Numbered from the stretch's first letter, positions 37,144 to 47,119 are shown. The stretch: DNA of 64,000 bases from an uncultured Psychroserpens sp. (GCF_947503375.1 NZ_CANNDQ010000002.1:271182-335181), one strand, 5' to 3'. The notes: generated by a model not told the origin, from the letters alone. Numbers and translations are program-made.

Positions 37144-38328
37144 ATGAATCCATCAACTAGTGGTTGGATAGAAAAATTCTGCTTCCAAATCTCTAAAAAA
37201 GGTATTCCTTACAAAAGCTACCAAGAACTCTATGAGAACTTGAGAAGCTATGGTTTCATATATGGAGTGAATGTTGGTTTTACAAATCATATAGAGCAAA
37301 TTCACAATTATTCAGAAGACGAATTGGCTAAGATCAACTTGATTACAGGCTTGTATCAAACGTATCATTTCCATAAAGATTCATTTTCAAGCGAAGTATT
37401 TATAAAAGACCTTTTGAGTTTTTATAAAGCGCTTGAAGTATCAGACTTGTCGCTTTGGGATAAATTAGTCATTGGAAAAAGTGATAGTTCATTATTAGAG
37501 CGATTGATTCATGACCGCGTTCAAATAGATGACAACCTATTGACCAGAAATTTCAATAAATCTATTACGAATTCATTGTTATTTGTAGATGTTTTAACCT
37601 TCGATCAATATTTATCAAATGGTATTGAGCCTAAGTCTTATACTGCAAATTTAGAGAGTATAATCATTGGCACGCTTTACCAATCTCTCAATTCTAAGAG
37701 TAAGGTCACCGATTATGACAAAGAGATAATAGATCTTATTGAAACCTCAGCTACTGTGCCAGATGCTGAATTAGACGTAGAAGATCTCATTTATGATATC
37801 GATTACAAAATAAACAAACACGAAAAGCAATATTTAATTGATTTGATGTGTTTATCAACTTGGGATGATGAAATATTAGAGAAATCTGAATATCAGTTTT
37901 TGATCCAATTAGCGAAACGTTTAGAACTTGAGGTTCCTATTATTCAAGAGTCTATATTGTGTGTTGCTAAGTTTCATACCAAACATAAAAAAGAAGTTCT
38001 CCTATTTCAGCAAAAAAACCCCATTACAAATTTTTATGAAAATTCGTCTCAATTGGTAAATAAATTGATTCGACGAAATAGTAAACGTTTGGTTAAAGAA
38101 GTAAATCAAAGTAAAGAATTAATGTTGTTAATTTCAAAGTCTACGCATACTGAACTCAGTAAAGATGAGCAAAAAAAGCTACAATCTCAGCTGTTAGACA
38201 TTTTAAAAACGATACCTAGTTTGGCTATTTTTATGTTACCAGGAGGCGCTATACTACTTCCTATTTTTGCAAAACTCATACCAAACATGTTGCCGTCTGC
38301 CTTTGACGATAACCGCATCGATAAATAA
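37144..38328 (+). CDS. hypothetical protein, possibly LETM1-related biofilm-associated family
   Basis: 394-aa helical protein with a C-terminal hydrophobic segment (LAIFMLPGGAILLPIFAKLIPNMLPSAF). A TAACTTTG -7 box lies at 37114-37121. The family call is tentative. Confidence 0.45.
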   Translation: MNPSTSGWIEKFCFQISKKGIPYKSYQELYENLRSYGFIYGVNVGFTNHIEQIHNYSEDELAKINLITGLYQTYHFHKDSFSSEVFIKDLLSFYKALEVSDLSLWDKLVIGKSDSSLLERLIHDRVQIDDNLLTRNFNKSITNSLLFVDVLTFDQYLSNGIEPKSYTANLESIIIGTLYQSLNSKSKVTDYDKEIIDLIETSATVPDAELDVEDLIYDIDYKINKHEKQYLIDLMCLSTWDDEILEKSEYQFLIQLAKRLELEVPIIQESILCVAKFHTKHKKEVLLFQQKNPITNFYENSSQLVNKLIRRNSKRLVKEVNQSKELMLLISKSTHTELSKDEQKKLQSQLLDILKTIPSLAIFMLPGGAILLPIFAKLIPNMLPSAFDDNRIDK

Positions 38329-38331
38329 CCT

Positions 38332-39936
38332 CTATTTTATAAATCTGAAACTAGCCTTACCAGTATTTGTATTAACGGTTATAAAGTAAATACCCGATTT
38401 TAAATATTTTGCTGAAACATTTAATTGTTGACCCTCAAATGAAGTTGTAGTCTTAATTATTCGTCCGCTTATGTCTACGATCTCATACGAACCATTTTGA
38501 ATTGAGTTAAACTCTAGAGTAAAATTATCTTTAACTGGATTAGGATATAATTTGATATTACTTTTAAATATGTCATCATTAGATAAAGTTGCCGTAGAAG
38601 AAGAGGTACTTATCAATGTATTTGTTAGTGTACCATCTATAGAATACGCGGTAATTTTAAACCAAACCTCATCATTATTTGAAAGGGTTGAATTTGACCA
38701 TATGTATGAAGTATTTGTTAAACCTGAAACAATTGGATCAAAACTATTTTGATTATCTGTACTATATTCTATATCGTAAAAAATGGGTCTACCATCATCG
38801 GGATTGTCTAAGGTCCAAGCTATTGGTAGACTGGTATCATAAACTCCAGAATTAGGATAGGTTATTGTCACTTGAGGATCTTGATAATCATGCAATAACT
38901 CGGCAAATCCAATACCAGTAACAGCAACACCATTAATGGTTCCAGTGATAGATGTAGCACCTTCATAGAAACGAAATGGCAATTGTACTTCAGTATTATC
39001 ATGTAGTGTTGTTATTATCAAATCTATATTATTTACTGTAGATGTTAATCGCCATTGACTTGAATAACAACGCATATCGTCTGGCATCCAATTGTATGCG
39101 AGTCTTTCAATTTCGAAATCATCAGTTGTATATTGTGTATTTTCGTCAACATAGGCCGATAAAATCTTGTACTTATCATTATTAGGTATTAAACGATCTG
39201 GTGTAAATATGTTCCATAGGTTTAAATCCATCCCGTTAGATAATTGCATACTAAACCATTCATATTTTTCTCCAGTTAACGGATTAAAATTTCCATACTG
39301 TCTATCTATCCAACCTGTACCTATAACTGCTTCTGTAGTCCCATTGAATGTAATGGTACCAGTAACTTCATTCATGGTTTGAGAAAAATAATAGGTATAG
39401 TTACTTTCACCTTGATTTAAAAATCCATCATCTCCAAGAATTAATGGTCGCTTGATCGTATTGAATTCTATATCTAATCCAGCATTCGATGATGCCTGCG
39501 CAAACAACTCATACTCAAACGGAATTGGTACATTGCTCATATCTTCTTTATTTTTCCAATATTCGGTTGCTGCCAAAAACACATCTGCCTCAATATCAAA
39601 ACTTGTTGTTGAAAGTGTTGTGTATATTAATGGCTTTACATCCTGTAAAAATGTACCTGTATCATCATCTGTTATATTTAGAATTCTGAAACCGTCAAAT
39701 CCAGACTGAGGATAATGAAAAAAAGTATACATGAAACTGTAACTTTTTCCTGAAGTTTGACCTACAACGTGACCAGCAGAATACCACCATTCGATAGGTT
39801 CTGAAGCATGACGACCTTCATCGTTAGGAAACGCAACTTGACCAGCTGGTGTGTAAGGATATACTTTCCAATCTTGTCCAGAAGCTAAAAAACTTATACA
39901 GCAGATGACTATTAGTAGGTTGATTTTAGATTTCAT
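38332..39936 (-). CDS. T9SS-sorted secreted protein with AttH/CrtC-like (lipocalin-like) N-terminal domain
   Basis: Signal peptide and the EPIEWWYSAGHV motif typical of AttH-like domains. An Ig/Fn3-like middle region. C-terminal type-A sorting domain (KLYPNPVKDNFTLEF ... GIYFITVNT ... FIK). Confidence 0.7.
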   Translation of the reverse strand: MKSKINLLIVICCISFLASGQDWKVYPYTPAGQVAFPNDEGRHASEPIEWWYSAGHVVGQTSGKSYSFMYTFFHYPQSGFDGFRILNITDDDTGTFLQDVKPLIYTTLSTTSFDIEADVFLAATEYWKNKEDMSNVPIPFEYELFAQASSNAGLDIEFNTIKRPLILGDDGFLNQGESNYTYYFSQTMNEVTGTITFNGTTEAVIGTGWIDRQYGNFNPLTGEKYEWFSMQLSNGMDLNLWNIFTPDRLIPNNDKYKILSAYVDENTQYTTDDFEIERLAYNWMPDDMRCYSSQWRLTSTVNNIDLIITTLHDNTEVQLPFRFYEGATSITGTINGVAVTGIGFAELLHDYQDPQVTITYPNSGVYDTSLPIAWTLDNPDDGRPIFYDIEYSTDNQNSFDPIVSGLTNTSYIWSNSTLSNNDEVWFKITAYSIDGTLTNTLISTSSSTATLSNDDIFKSNIKLYPNPVKDNFTLEFNSIQNGSYEIVDISGRIIKTTTSFEGQQLNVSAKYLKSGIYFITVNTNTGKASFRFIK

Positions 39937-40087
39937 AACTTTAAGTTTATAGTCGAAAACTACAGGATTTGATTCATTTTTTGCTAATATTTGGGTTAAG
40001 ACGCATATTTTTTAGACTCAAATACATAATAAGTAACAATAATAGATGATTTACGTCTAACAATCAATGTAACAAAACTAGCCAATC

Positions 40088-40540
40088 ATGGAACTAATAA
40101 ATTATTATCTCATACTCAAAATAGAAAAAACTGCAGATCTTGATACCATAAAAAAAGCTTTCAGAAAAGAAATCGCACTTTACCATCCAGATAAGAATTC
40201 TTCTGAAAGTGCTAAAGCTCATTTTGATTTGCTCGTTGAGGCATTTGATATCTTATCACATCCTGAAAAGCGAAAGGCTTATGACACTTTACTTAGCTCT
40301 AAAGACAACAATAAACCGCTTATTATAGAAGCGAAAGCTGAGCAACAATACAAAGAATGGAAGAAAACGTCTAAAAAAAGATCTAATACCTATTGGGATA
40401 CTTCACTTACAGAACTTCTTATGCTAGATATTTTTTTAGAAACTGGGTTATTTAGTGACCTCCTCTCTGAAACTGGTGATTTATTTGATGGAATCGGTGA
40501 CTCGTTAGGTGATATTGGAGATCTGTTTGATGTCTTTTAA
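40088..40540 (+). CDS. J-domain (DnaJ-like) mini-protein
   Basis: J domain with an HPD motif (ALYHPDKN). No Zn-finger or substrate domain. Acidic GD-repeat tail. Its 3' end overlaps the convergent response regulator gene by 4 nt. Confidence 0.75.
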   Translation: MELINYYLILKIEKTADLDTIKKAFRKEIALYHPDKNSSESAKAHFDLLVEAFDILSHPEKRKAYDTLLSSKDNNKPLIIEAKAEQQYKEWKKTSKKRSNTYWDTSLTELLMLDIFLETGLFSDLLSETGDLFDGIGDSLGDIGDLFDVF

Positions 40541-41292
40541 GTTAACCACTCTTTAAAATCTTTAACGCGCTCTCTTGCGACGATAATGTCTTGCTCTTTA
40601 AATGTCTTTAACTTGATTTGTAGTCGTGAATTGGTATAGCTTACCATATCATCAATAGCATTGATATTAATAAAGAACTTACGACTAATTCTAAAAAATT
40701 TATTTGGTTCCAATTCATCTTCGAGTTGCTCAAGCGTAGTATCTAACAAATAATTTCTGTTTTCAGAAGTGTATACATAGGTCCCTTTGTTTTCGCTATA
40801 GAAACATTCTATATCATCAATATTAATAAGCTTTAAATGTTGACCAACTTTAACTGAAAATCGTTTTTTATATTCACGTTCAATAGGATTTACCAGAAGC
40901 TTTTTAATATCATTAAAGTCTAGGGTCACACTTTGTTGTTTAGGTAAGCGTTCGTTGTATTTTAAAACAGCTTTAGCCAGATCATCTTCATCAATAGGTT
41001 TTAATAAATAATCGATACTGTTAAGTTTGAAGGCTTGTAATGCATATTCATCATATGCTGTGGTGAAAATAACAGCAGAATTGATATCGATAGTCTCAAA
41101 AATCTCGAATGAAAGTCCATCACTAAGTTGAATATCGAGGAAAATCAAATCTGGATGTTCGTTGTTTTGAAACCATTCTATTGACTCTTCAACAGAATGC
41201 AACATGGTTTGTGCCTCCATGTCTAAAGTGGTTAACATGCGTTGTAGTCTTCGCGCTGATGGTTTTTCGTCCTCAATGATGATGATATTCAT
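40537..41292 (-). CDS. LytR/AlgR family response regulator (REC + LytTR)
   Basis: Receiver domain (MNIIIIEDE ... PDLIFLDIQL) and a C-terminal LytTR DNA-binding domain (FFRISRKFFININAI). Confidence 0.88.
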   Translation of the reverse strand: MNIIIIEDEKPSARRLQRMLTTLDMEAQTMLHSVEESIEWFQNNEHPDLIFLDIQLSDGLSFEIFETIDINSAVIFTTAYDEYALQAFKLNSIDYLLKPIDEDDLAKAVLKYNERLPKQQSVTLDFNDIKKLLVNPIEREYKKRFSVKVGQHLKLINIDDIECFYSENKGTYVYTSENRNYLLDTTLEQLEDELEPNKFFRISRKFFININAIDDMVSYTNSRLQIKLKTFKEQDIIVARERVKDFKEWLT

Positions 41293-41343
41293 TATTTAAT
41301 ATTTGTATGTTACTTTATAAACAATAGTTTGCATTTAACGGGT

Positions 41344-41664
41344 TTACTCCCAAAACGTGGTCTCTTGGTCTTCTTCTAAAAACGTTTTTATTTTTTTATC
41401 TTCCCAGCTTTTCTTAAACAGGAGTCTTCCTTTAAAAACTTTCCAGCCATGAATTACAATAAAAGCAGTCCATAGTACTAGAACTGAAACATTTAATGCC
41501 GTAATATTGCTTGTATATAGCCCTTCTTGAAGAATATAGAAGTTATACGAAATAAGCGCCACAACAATACTATACAATATTAAATGCAAATAAAATATTC
41601 TAATGCGATGGACTTGCGCTTTTGCTTTTAAATATTGTTTCTGCTCGTCTTTATCTAATTCCAT
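41344..41664 (-). CDS. 2TM domain-containing small membrane protein
   Basis: 106 aa with two TM helices and a C-terminal SWEDKKIKTFLEE motif shared with the three neighbouring copies. Confidence 0.75.
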   Translation of the reverse strand: MELDKDEQKQYLKAKAQVHRIRIFYLHLILYSIVVALISYNFYILQEGLYTSNITALNVSVLVLWTAFIVIHGWKVFKGRLLFKKSWEDKKIKTFLEEDQETTFWE

Positions 41665-41679
41665 AACCTAAAATCTTTA

Positions 41680-41997
41680 TTAACTACTCTCTCCTCTACG
41701 TTCTTTCTCCATAAATTCTTTAATCTTACGATTTTCCCATTGTGTTCCAAAAATAAAATTTGGAATAAACACTGAACCCGTATGTATTAACAGAAATGCA
41801 CCCCAAATAGAAAATGTGATAAAATTGTGCCATTGAAAATAACTTTCACCTTCATTTAAATTGTTAATATTGATAAACACAATGACAAGATTAACTAGAA
41901 TAAAAATCAATACATGTATATAATATCCTTTAAGTTGCTTCACTCTTATTTCAGCAAGTTTATACCGTTCTATGTAAACTAATTCTCTTGATTCCAT
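41680..41997 (-). CDS. 2TM domain-containing small membrane protein
   Basis: Two TM helices and the QWENRKIKEFMEKE motif. The ORF-track start at 42006 is TTG. The ATG at 41997 forms a TAATG overlap with the upstream stop. Confidence 0.75.
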   Translation of the reverse strand: MESRELVYIERYKLAEIRVKQLKGYYIHVLIFILVNLVIVFININNLNEGESYFQWHNFITFSIWGAFLLIHTGSVFIPNFIFGTQWENRKIKEFMEKERRGESS

Positions 41998-42338
41998 TAT
42001 TCCCAATGCTTATTTTCTTTATCCATCAATTGTTTGATTTTGCGCTCTTCCCAATTTTTTCCAAACATAAAATCTGGTCCAAATACACCAAGAAAATGGA
42101 ATAGCAATCCAATTCCCCAAAAGAGTGCTGTAGCAAAGGTTCCAAAGCTAAATAGCCTCCCTCCATAGGTAACAATCAAAATGATAATAAACAAATTGAC
42201 AATCACATAAGATGCTAAATGCCAATAAAATCCCATGAGCGCTTTTACTTTTTTCTGTGCTCTCATGTAAGCTTCTTCTTTTTCAAAAGCTCTCAGAGCA
42301 GATCTTTCTCTTTCGTGAAGTTCTATATTATTTTCCAT
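41997..42338 (-). CDS. 2TM domain-containing small membrane protein
   Basis: Two TM helices and the NWEERKIKQLMDKE motif. The ORF-track start at 42359 is TTG and overlaps the kinase gene. The ATG at 42338 (MENNIELHE) is the more likely start. Confidence 0.75.
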   Translation of the reverse strand: MENNIELHERERSALRAFEKEEAYMRAQKKVKALMGFYWHLASYVIVNLFIIILIVTYGGRLFSFGTFATALFWGIGLLFHFLGVFGPDFMFGKNWEERKIKQLMDKENKHWE

Positions 42339-42349
42339 GATATTTATAA

Positions 42350-43696
42350 TTAATTCCAATGTTTTTCGTCTTCTTCACGCATAAATTTTTCAATTTTACG
42401 TTGTTCCCAAGATTTTCCTAGAACACCATCATTTACATATACCTTGTAAGCATGAAATGCTAATCCCATTCCCCAACCTAAAATCGGAAACCAAAACCAT
42501 TGAATGGTATGTGGTGTATAGCGATACCAAATGAATATTAAAAATGGGATAACTACACAATAAGAGAGTAAACTATAATAAAATTCTTTCATCTCTTCTA
42601 CACGTTTACGTGCTCTAACATATCTGTCGTCAAATTTAGATTTTGGTTCTATAGCTTTCATGATTGATACTTGTTTTGTAAGCATTGGGATTGCGACTGC
42701 AAAACGATTTGCTTGTTGATTGATTGATACTGTCTTATTTGATAATAAGTTGTAACGCTGTTTGATATTTTCTAGTCCAACGCCACTACTCTTTTTTACA
42801 ATTTGTTTGGGTTGCAAATTATTTTCTACAATAAGCATACCCTCAGACTCATAAATTTTAATACGCAATGGCTTACTACTAGTTACCATATTATGCTTTA
42901 CTGCATTTTCTAAAAGTAATTGTAATGACAGCGGCACAACTTTACTTTCAGGATTAGTTGCTTTTTCAGGAATTTCAAATATGATACTATCTTCAAAACG
43001 CATTTTTAAAAGTGACATATAAGTTCTTGCAAAATCTAATTCTTCATCAACGGTTATAAGTTCTTTGTTTTTTTGTTCTAATACATAACGATAGACTTTT
43101 GATAGTGATGTAGTGAACTTTTGAGCATTCTTTGGGTTTTCTTCAATTAAACTGGTTAATACATTTAAACTGTTAAATAAAAAGTGTGGATCTAGCTGAT
43201 TCTTCAACGCATCAAACTTAGCACTTGCAGTACCTGCTATTACCTTTTGTTCTTTCAGTTTGTTCTTCTGATAACGGTTATAGAAAAATATGATATGAAA
43301 TACAGAAACAATCACAAGTGTAATCCACAATCCAAAAGAATAACCTTTCCATGAATCGTTTGCTATAAATTCTTCAAACGTATAATCGTAATAAATGATT
43401 GAAATATTAACGCGTAATAAGAATAAACAAATAAGCGTAATTATAGTTGATCCAATGATACCAAATACAATACGTTTTATTGTATCGCCTCGTTTCCATT
43501 GACGTCGTTCCATATAATCGAAGAAGAACGTATTAGAATACCCAATGACAAAGGTATATAGCTGATAGAAAGCAAAATCAATAAAAAACTCGTTAACCGA
43601 TTCGTAGTCGAACATCCCTGAGAATAGGTTTCCAATTATATATACAGCACAACCTATAAAAAAGGTGATCCCTATTTTTTTTACTGATTTTGACAT
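42350..43696 (-). CDS. LytS-type sensor histidine kinase with C-terminal fused 2TM domain
   Basis: N-terminal multi-TM sensor, a His_kinase motif (LKNQLDPHFLFNSLNVL) and an ATPase region (LLLENAVKHN ... GVGLENI). A C-terminal 2TM module ends in SWEQRKIEKFMREE. Confidence 0.85.
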   Translation of the reverse strand: MSKSVKKIGITFFIGCAVYIIGNLFSGMFDYESVNEFFIDFAFYQLYTFVIGYSNTFFFDYMERRQWKRGDTIKRIVFGIIGSTIITLICLFLLRVNISIIYYDYTFEEFIANDSWKGYSFGLWITLVIVSVFHIIFFYNRYQKNKLKEQKVIAGTASAKFDALKNQLDPHFLFNSLNVLTSLIEENPKNAQKFTTSLSKVYRYVLEQKNKELITVDEELDFARTYMSLLKMRFEDSIIFEIPEKATNPESKVVPLSLQLLLENAVKHNMVTSSKPLRIKIYESEGMLIVENNLQPKQIVKKSSGVGLENIKQRYNLLSNKTVSINQQANRFAVAIPMLTKQVSIMKAIEPKSKFDDRYVRARKRVEEMKEFYYSLLSYCVVIPFLIFIWYRYTPHTIQWFWFPILGWGMGLAFHAYKVYVNDGVLGKSWEQRKIEKFMREEDEKHWN

Positions 43697-43701
43697 TTAT
43701 A

Positions 43702-44325
43702 CTACAATTTACAAGATTCTACAACCGATTCTGCTCTCTTTTTCCCCCATGTAGGATGGAGTTCGCTTTCTGGTTTAAAGTTAGCAAAAAGTTTGATGGA
43801 TTTTTCCATTTCAGCACAGAACGGTTTGGTGTCTTGTCCAAAATATTTTGCACTTCCCATTCCCCATTCTGCTTTACTAAATACCACTCTTGGGTTTTCT
43901 GGAGCCATTGCATAGGCTTTAGCATATAACTCTGTTATTTTACCAGAGTACTTCATACCATAAGTCATTCCGTCAAAAGCAACCCAATTGGTAAGTATAT
44001 GTGCTTGTAAAACCATAATTTCAGCATTGTCTTTACTGATAGCTTTAGCCTTATCTATATGCAACTGCGCTTTATCTAGCTGCGCTTTTAATATGGCTTC
44101 GTCTTTTGTATTCCAGCTTTTTACACTATTGATCTGTGCAATATAATAGTGTGGTAACCATTGGTCTGGTTCAGCATTTGAAATACGCTCAAACATATTT
44201 TCTGCTTTATCTGTATCGCCTTCTTGCCATAGTTCAAACGCTTTCTGCATTCCCTTTTCAAAATTACTCTGCGCTGTCGTCATAGCAGAGGCTAAAATTA
44301 ATGTGATGATAATTAAATGTTTCAT
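43702..44325 (-). CDS. hypothetical secreted helical-repeat protein
   Basis: Signal peptide (MKHLIIITLILASAMTTAQS) and an all-helical, TPR-like composition. It ends 5 nt upstream of the kinase start. Confidence 0.55.
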   Translation of the reverse strand: MKHLIIITLILASAMTTAQSNFEKGMQKAFELWQEGDTDKAENMFERISNAEPDQWLPHYYIAQINSVKSWNTKDEAILKAQLDKAQLHIDKAKAISKDNAEIMVLQAHILTNWVAFDGMTYGMKYSGKITELYAKAYAMAPENPRVVFSKAEWGMGSAKYFGQDTKPFCAEMEKSIKLFANFKPESELHPTWGKKRAESVVESCKL

Positions 44326-44329
44326 GATG

Positions 44330-44755
44330 TTAAAGTGTTATGGTTTGTGTTATTGGTTTTGTACTGACTTCAAATTTAGCGTCTTCCCATTTTGGTGGAC
44401 CCATAAAGCCTTTAGCATTATTAGAGCAACCGTAATCTTCTTTTGGAATTCCTAAAAAATTGGTATCCATTTTATTGTTTTCATTTTCGTCATGGTAAAA
44501 GGAAATGGCATACACCCCTTTCGGTATATTTTTAAATACCACTTCGCAACTTTCATTTTCTATAGTGCTGAATGTTGCTTTTAATCCTTTTCCTAAAAAT
44601 GAATCTTCAGAGTTATAAAGTGCTACAAACACCTTACCTGTATTGCTGCTTAAATTTTCTATTTTAACTATGATATCTTGACCTGTAGCATCTTGTGCGC
44701 TTAATCCAGATATACTGAGTAAAAAGACAATGAAAATTTTGGTTAGTGTACTCAT
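44330..44755 (-). CDS. DUF2141 domain-containing secreted protein
   Basis: Signal peptide. The characteristic segment YAISFYHDENENNKMDTNFLGIPKEDYGCSNNAKGFMGPPKWEDAKF. Confidence 0.8.
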   Translation of the reverse strand: MSTLTKIFIVFLLSISGLSAQDATGQDIIVKIENLSSNTGKVFVALYNSEDSFLGKGLKATFSTIENESCEVVFKNIPKGVYAISFYHDENENNKMDTNFLGIPKEDYGCSNNAKGFMGPPKWEDAKFEVSTKPITQTITL

Positions 44756-44907
44756 GATTGCTGTGTTTTAATTTGATAAGACAAATATCCTTCAGCGCAT
44801 CAAGTTATTAAAAAGCATTTCACTGAATTGTAGTTTTTTTAGGATGAATTGTGAATTACTATAACCTTTTAATAATTCATATCGTAAATATTGATGTTAG
44901 ATCAAAC

Positions 44908-44939
44908 AAAAAAGCACAACCTTTCAGTTGTGCTTTTTT
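44908..44939 (-). terminator. rho-independent terminator downstream of ndk
   Basis: Stem GCACAAC (44914-44920) / GTTGTGC (44927-44933), flanked by A6 and T6. Confidence 0.8.
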
Positions 44940-44957
44940 AATATATGGATTGTTTTA

Positions 44958-45377
44958 CTAAAACATTTCTCTACCAGAAAAATGGAATGCACCTTCAATA
45001 GCCGCATTTTCATCACTATCACTTCCGTGAACAGCATTTTCTCCAATAGAAGCCGCATATAATTTTCTAATAGTACCTTCAGCTGCTTCAGCAGGATTAG
45101 TTGCACCTATTAACGTTCTAAAATCTTCAACAGCATTGTCTTTTTCTAAAATTGCTGCAACAATTGGTCCTCGAGTCATATAAGAAACCAACTCACCAAA
45201 AAATGGTCGTTCTTTATGTATTGCATAAAACGACTGCGCATCTGCAGTAGTCATTTGTGTTAATTTCATCGCTACGATTCTAAAACCTGAAGCGGTGATT
45301 TTTTCTAAAATTGCACCAATATTCCCTTTTTCAACAGAATCTGGTTTAAGCATTGTAAATGTTCTATTTGTTGCCAT
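44958..45377 (-). CDS. ndk: nucleoside-diphosphate kinase
   Basis: [10 protein letters not shown] and [14 protein letters not shown], with the active-site region NAVHGSDS. Confidence 0.95.
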   Translation of the reverse strand: MATNRTFTMLKPDSVEKGNIGAILEKITASGFRIVAMKLTQMTTADAQSFYAIHKERPFFGELVSYMTRGPIVAAILEKDNAVEDFRTLIGATNPAEAAEGTIRKLYAASIGENAVHGSDSDENAAIEGAFHFSGREMF

Positions 45378-45556
45378 TTGTATGTTTTAATTTATTCAGT
45401 TTATTTTATTCTTTTTAAATAAGTCTTCATGAAATTGCAATGTAACAAATTAAGCAAAATGAATAATTCTCGTTCGCAATTTTAAGGTGCAAAAGTAATA
45501 CAATTCTTTAAAAATTCGGTACTAAACCATATTAAAAAATTGTATCTTCGCTAACT

Positions 45557-46570
45557 ATGAATACCAACGATATTAATAGCATTAAGTCGCTTTTAAGTGC
45601 ACCTAAAGCAATTGTAATTATACCGCATAAAAACCCAGATGGTGATGCCATAGGCTCTACGCTTGGTCTCTATCATTACTTGAAACGATATCATCATGAC
45701 ATAACTATTATTGCACCAAATGATTATCCCGATTTTTTAAAATGGATGCCAGGCGAAAACACTATTTTAAAATATGATAGTCAAACACAAGAAAGTGAAC
45801 GTTTAATAGCGCAAGCAGTACTTATTTTTACATTAGACTTTAATTCATTAGGTCGAATTGGAGATATGCAAACTTGTGTTAGCAACGCAAAAGGCATTAA
45901 AATTATGATCGATCATCATCAGCAACCCGATGATTATGCAACTTATATGTATTCTGATGTTAGCATGTCTTCAACTTGTGAAATGGTCTATAACTTTATT
46001 GAAATGCTTGGTGATACTAATGCTATTGATAGCGATATAGCGACTTGTCTTTACACAGGAATAATGACAGATACTGGCTCTTTTAGATTTCCGTCTACCA
46101 CAAGTGCAACTCATCATATCATTGGTGAATTAATAAAGAAAGGTGCTAATAATTCTGAAATTCATAATAATACATATGATACAAATAGTTATGAACGCTT
46201 GCAGCTTTTAGGGTGTGCATTGAGTAACTTAAAAGTTATCCCAGAATATAAAACAGCATACATTACATTAACTCAAGACGAACTCAATACTTTTAATTTT
46301 AAAAAAGGCGACACCGAAGGTTTTGTAAACTATGGATTATCACTTAAAGGAATTATTTTTGCTGCTATTTTCATAGAAAACAATCAAGAAGGCATCGTCA
46401 AGATTTCACTAAGAAGTAAAGGCGATTTTTCGGTTAACGAATTATCAAGAGCGCATTTTAGTGGTGGAGGACACACCAATGCTGCAGGAGGAAAAAGCGA
46501 CCTCAACCTTAATGATACCATTGAAAAATTTATTAGTATCTTACCCAACTATAAAAAAGACCTCAAATAG
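45557..46570 (+). CDS. nrnA: DHH-family oligoribonuclease / pAp phosphatase (NrnA-like)
   Basis: DHH motifs (HKNPDGDAIGS, IDHHQQP) and the DHHA1 motif GGGHTNAAGG. Confidence 0.85.
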   Translation: MNTNDINSIKSLLSAPKAIVIIPHKNPDGDAIGSTLGLYHYLKRYHHDITIIAPNDYPDFLKWMPGENTILKYDSQTQESERLIAQAVLIFTLDFNSLGRIGDMQTCVSNAKGIKIMIDHHQQPDDYATYMYSDVSMSSTCEMVYNFIEMLGDTNAIDSDIATCLYTGIMTDTGSFRFPSTTSATHHIIGELIKKGANNSEIHNNTYDTNSYERLQLLGCALSNLKVIPEYKTAYITLTQDELNTFNFKKGDTEGFVNYGLSLKGIIFAAIFIENNQEGIVKISLRSKGDFSVNELSRAHFSGGGHTNAAGGKSDLNLNDTIEKFISILPNYKKDLK

Positions 46571-46572
46571 TA

Positions 46573-47109
46573 ATGAAATATATTTTTACACTTTTATGCG
46601 TTTCAATACTTTGTAGTTGTAAATCACCTACGCCAAGAGAACCTGAATCGGTCAAGTCTGGTTCTTTTATAAGAGAATCTGCTGAACGAAATAAAAAACT
46701 CAATCAAAAAGAGCGCACGCGTTTTGAAGCATTAATGAATCAAAATCCTGAGTACGATTACATCGCTTCTGAAAGTGGTTTTTGGTACTATTACCATACT
46801 AAAGTAGAAAAAGACACTATAACTCCTCGTTTTGGAGACATCGTTAATTTTAATTATAATATAAAAGACATAAATGGTAATGTTATTTATACTAAAGATG
46901 AATTAGGTACCCAGAATTATGCTATGGATCAGGAAGAGATTTTTACAGGCCTTCGAGAAGGTTTGAAATTATTAAAGCCAACAGAGTCTGTCACCTTTTT
47001 ATTTCCATCTCAAAAAGCATATGGATATTATGGAGACAATGATAGAATTGGAACAAACATACCTCTTATTTGTAAAGTAAAAGTAAATCATATAAAGCAA
47101 AAACAATAA
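46573..47109 (+). CDS. gldI: FKBP-type peptidyl-prolyl isomerase lipoprotein (GldI-like)
   Basis: Lipoprotein signal (ILCSC). FKBP-like C-terminal fold ([20 protein letters not shown] ... [19 protein letters not shown]). The gene-symbol assignment is from context and similarity to gliding-motility GldI, and is tentative. Confidence 0.5.
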   Translation: MKYIFTLLCVSILCSCKSPTPREPESVKSGSFIRESAERNKKLNQKERTRFEALMNQNPEYDYIASESGFWYYYHTKVEKDTITPRFGDIVNFNYNIKDINGNVIYTKDELGTQNYAMDQEEIFTGLREGLKLLKPTESVTFLFPSQKAYGYYGDNDRIGTNIPLICKVKVNHIKQKQ

Positions 47110-47119
47110 ATACACACAC

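Noticed and set aside
40046-40059. Near-match to the Fnr-type box (ATGATTTACGTCTA) upstream of the J-domain gene
   Set aside because: One half-site is mismatched (GTCT instead of GTCA). No -7 box lies at the 29.5-bp offset, because the start codon lies there instead.
41997-42359. ORF-track starts at 42359 and 42006 for two 2TM genes
   Set aside because: Both are TTG codons that force 10-nt overlaps. In-frame ATG codons at 42338 and 41997 give cleaner junctions (an 11-nt gap and a TAATG overlap), so I used those.
43690-43929. ORFs 43690-43929 (+) and 43719-43925 (-) within the 207-aa secreted protein gene
   Set aside because: They are alternative frames of a longer ORF that has a signal peptide and operon context.
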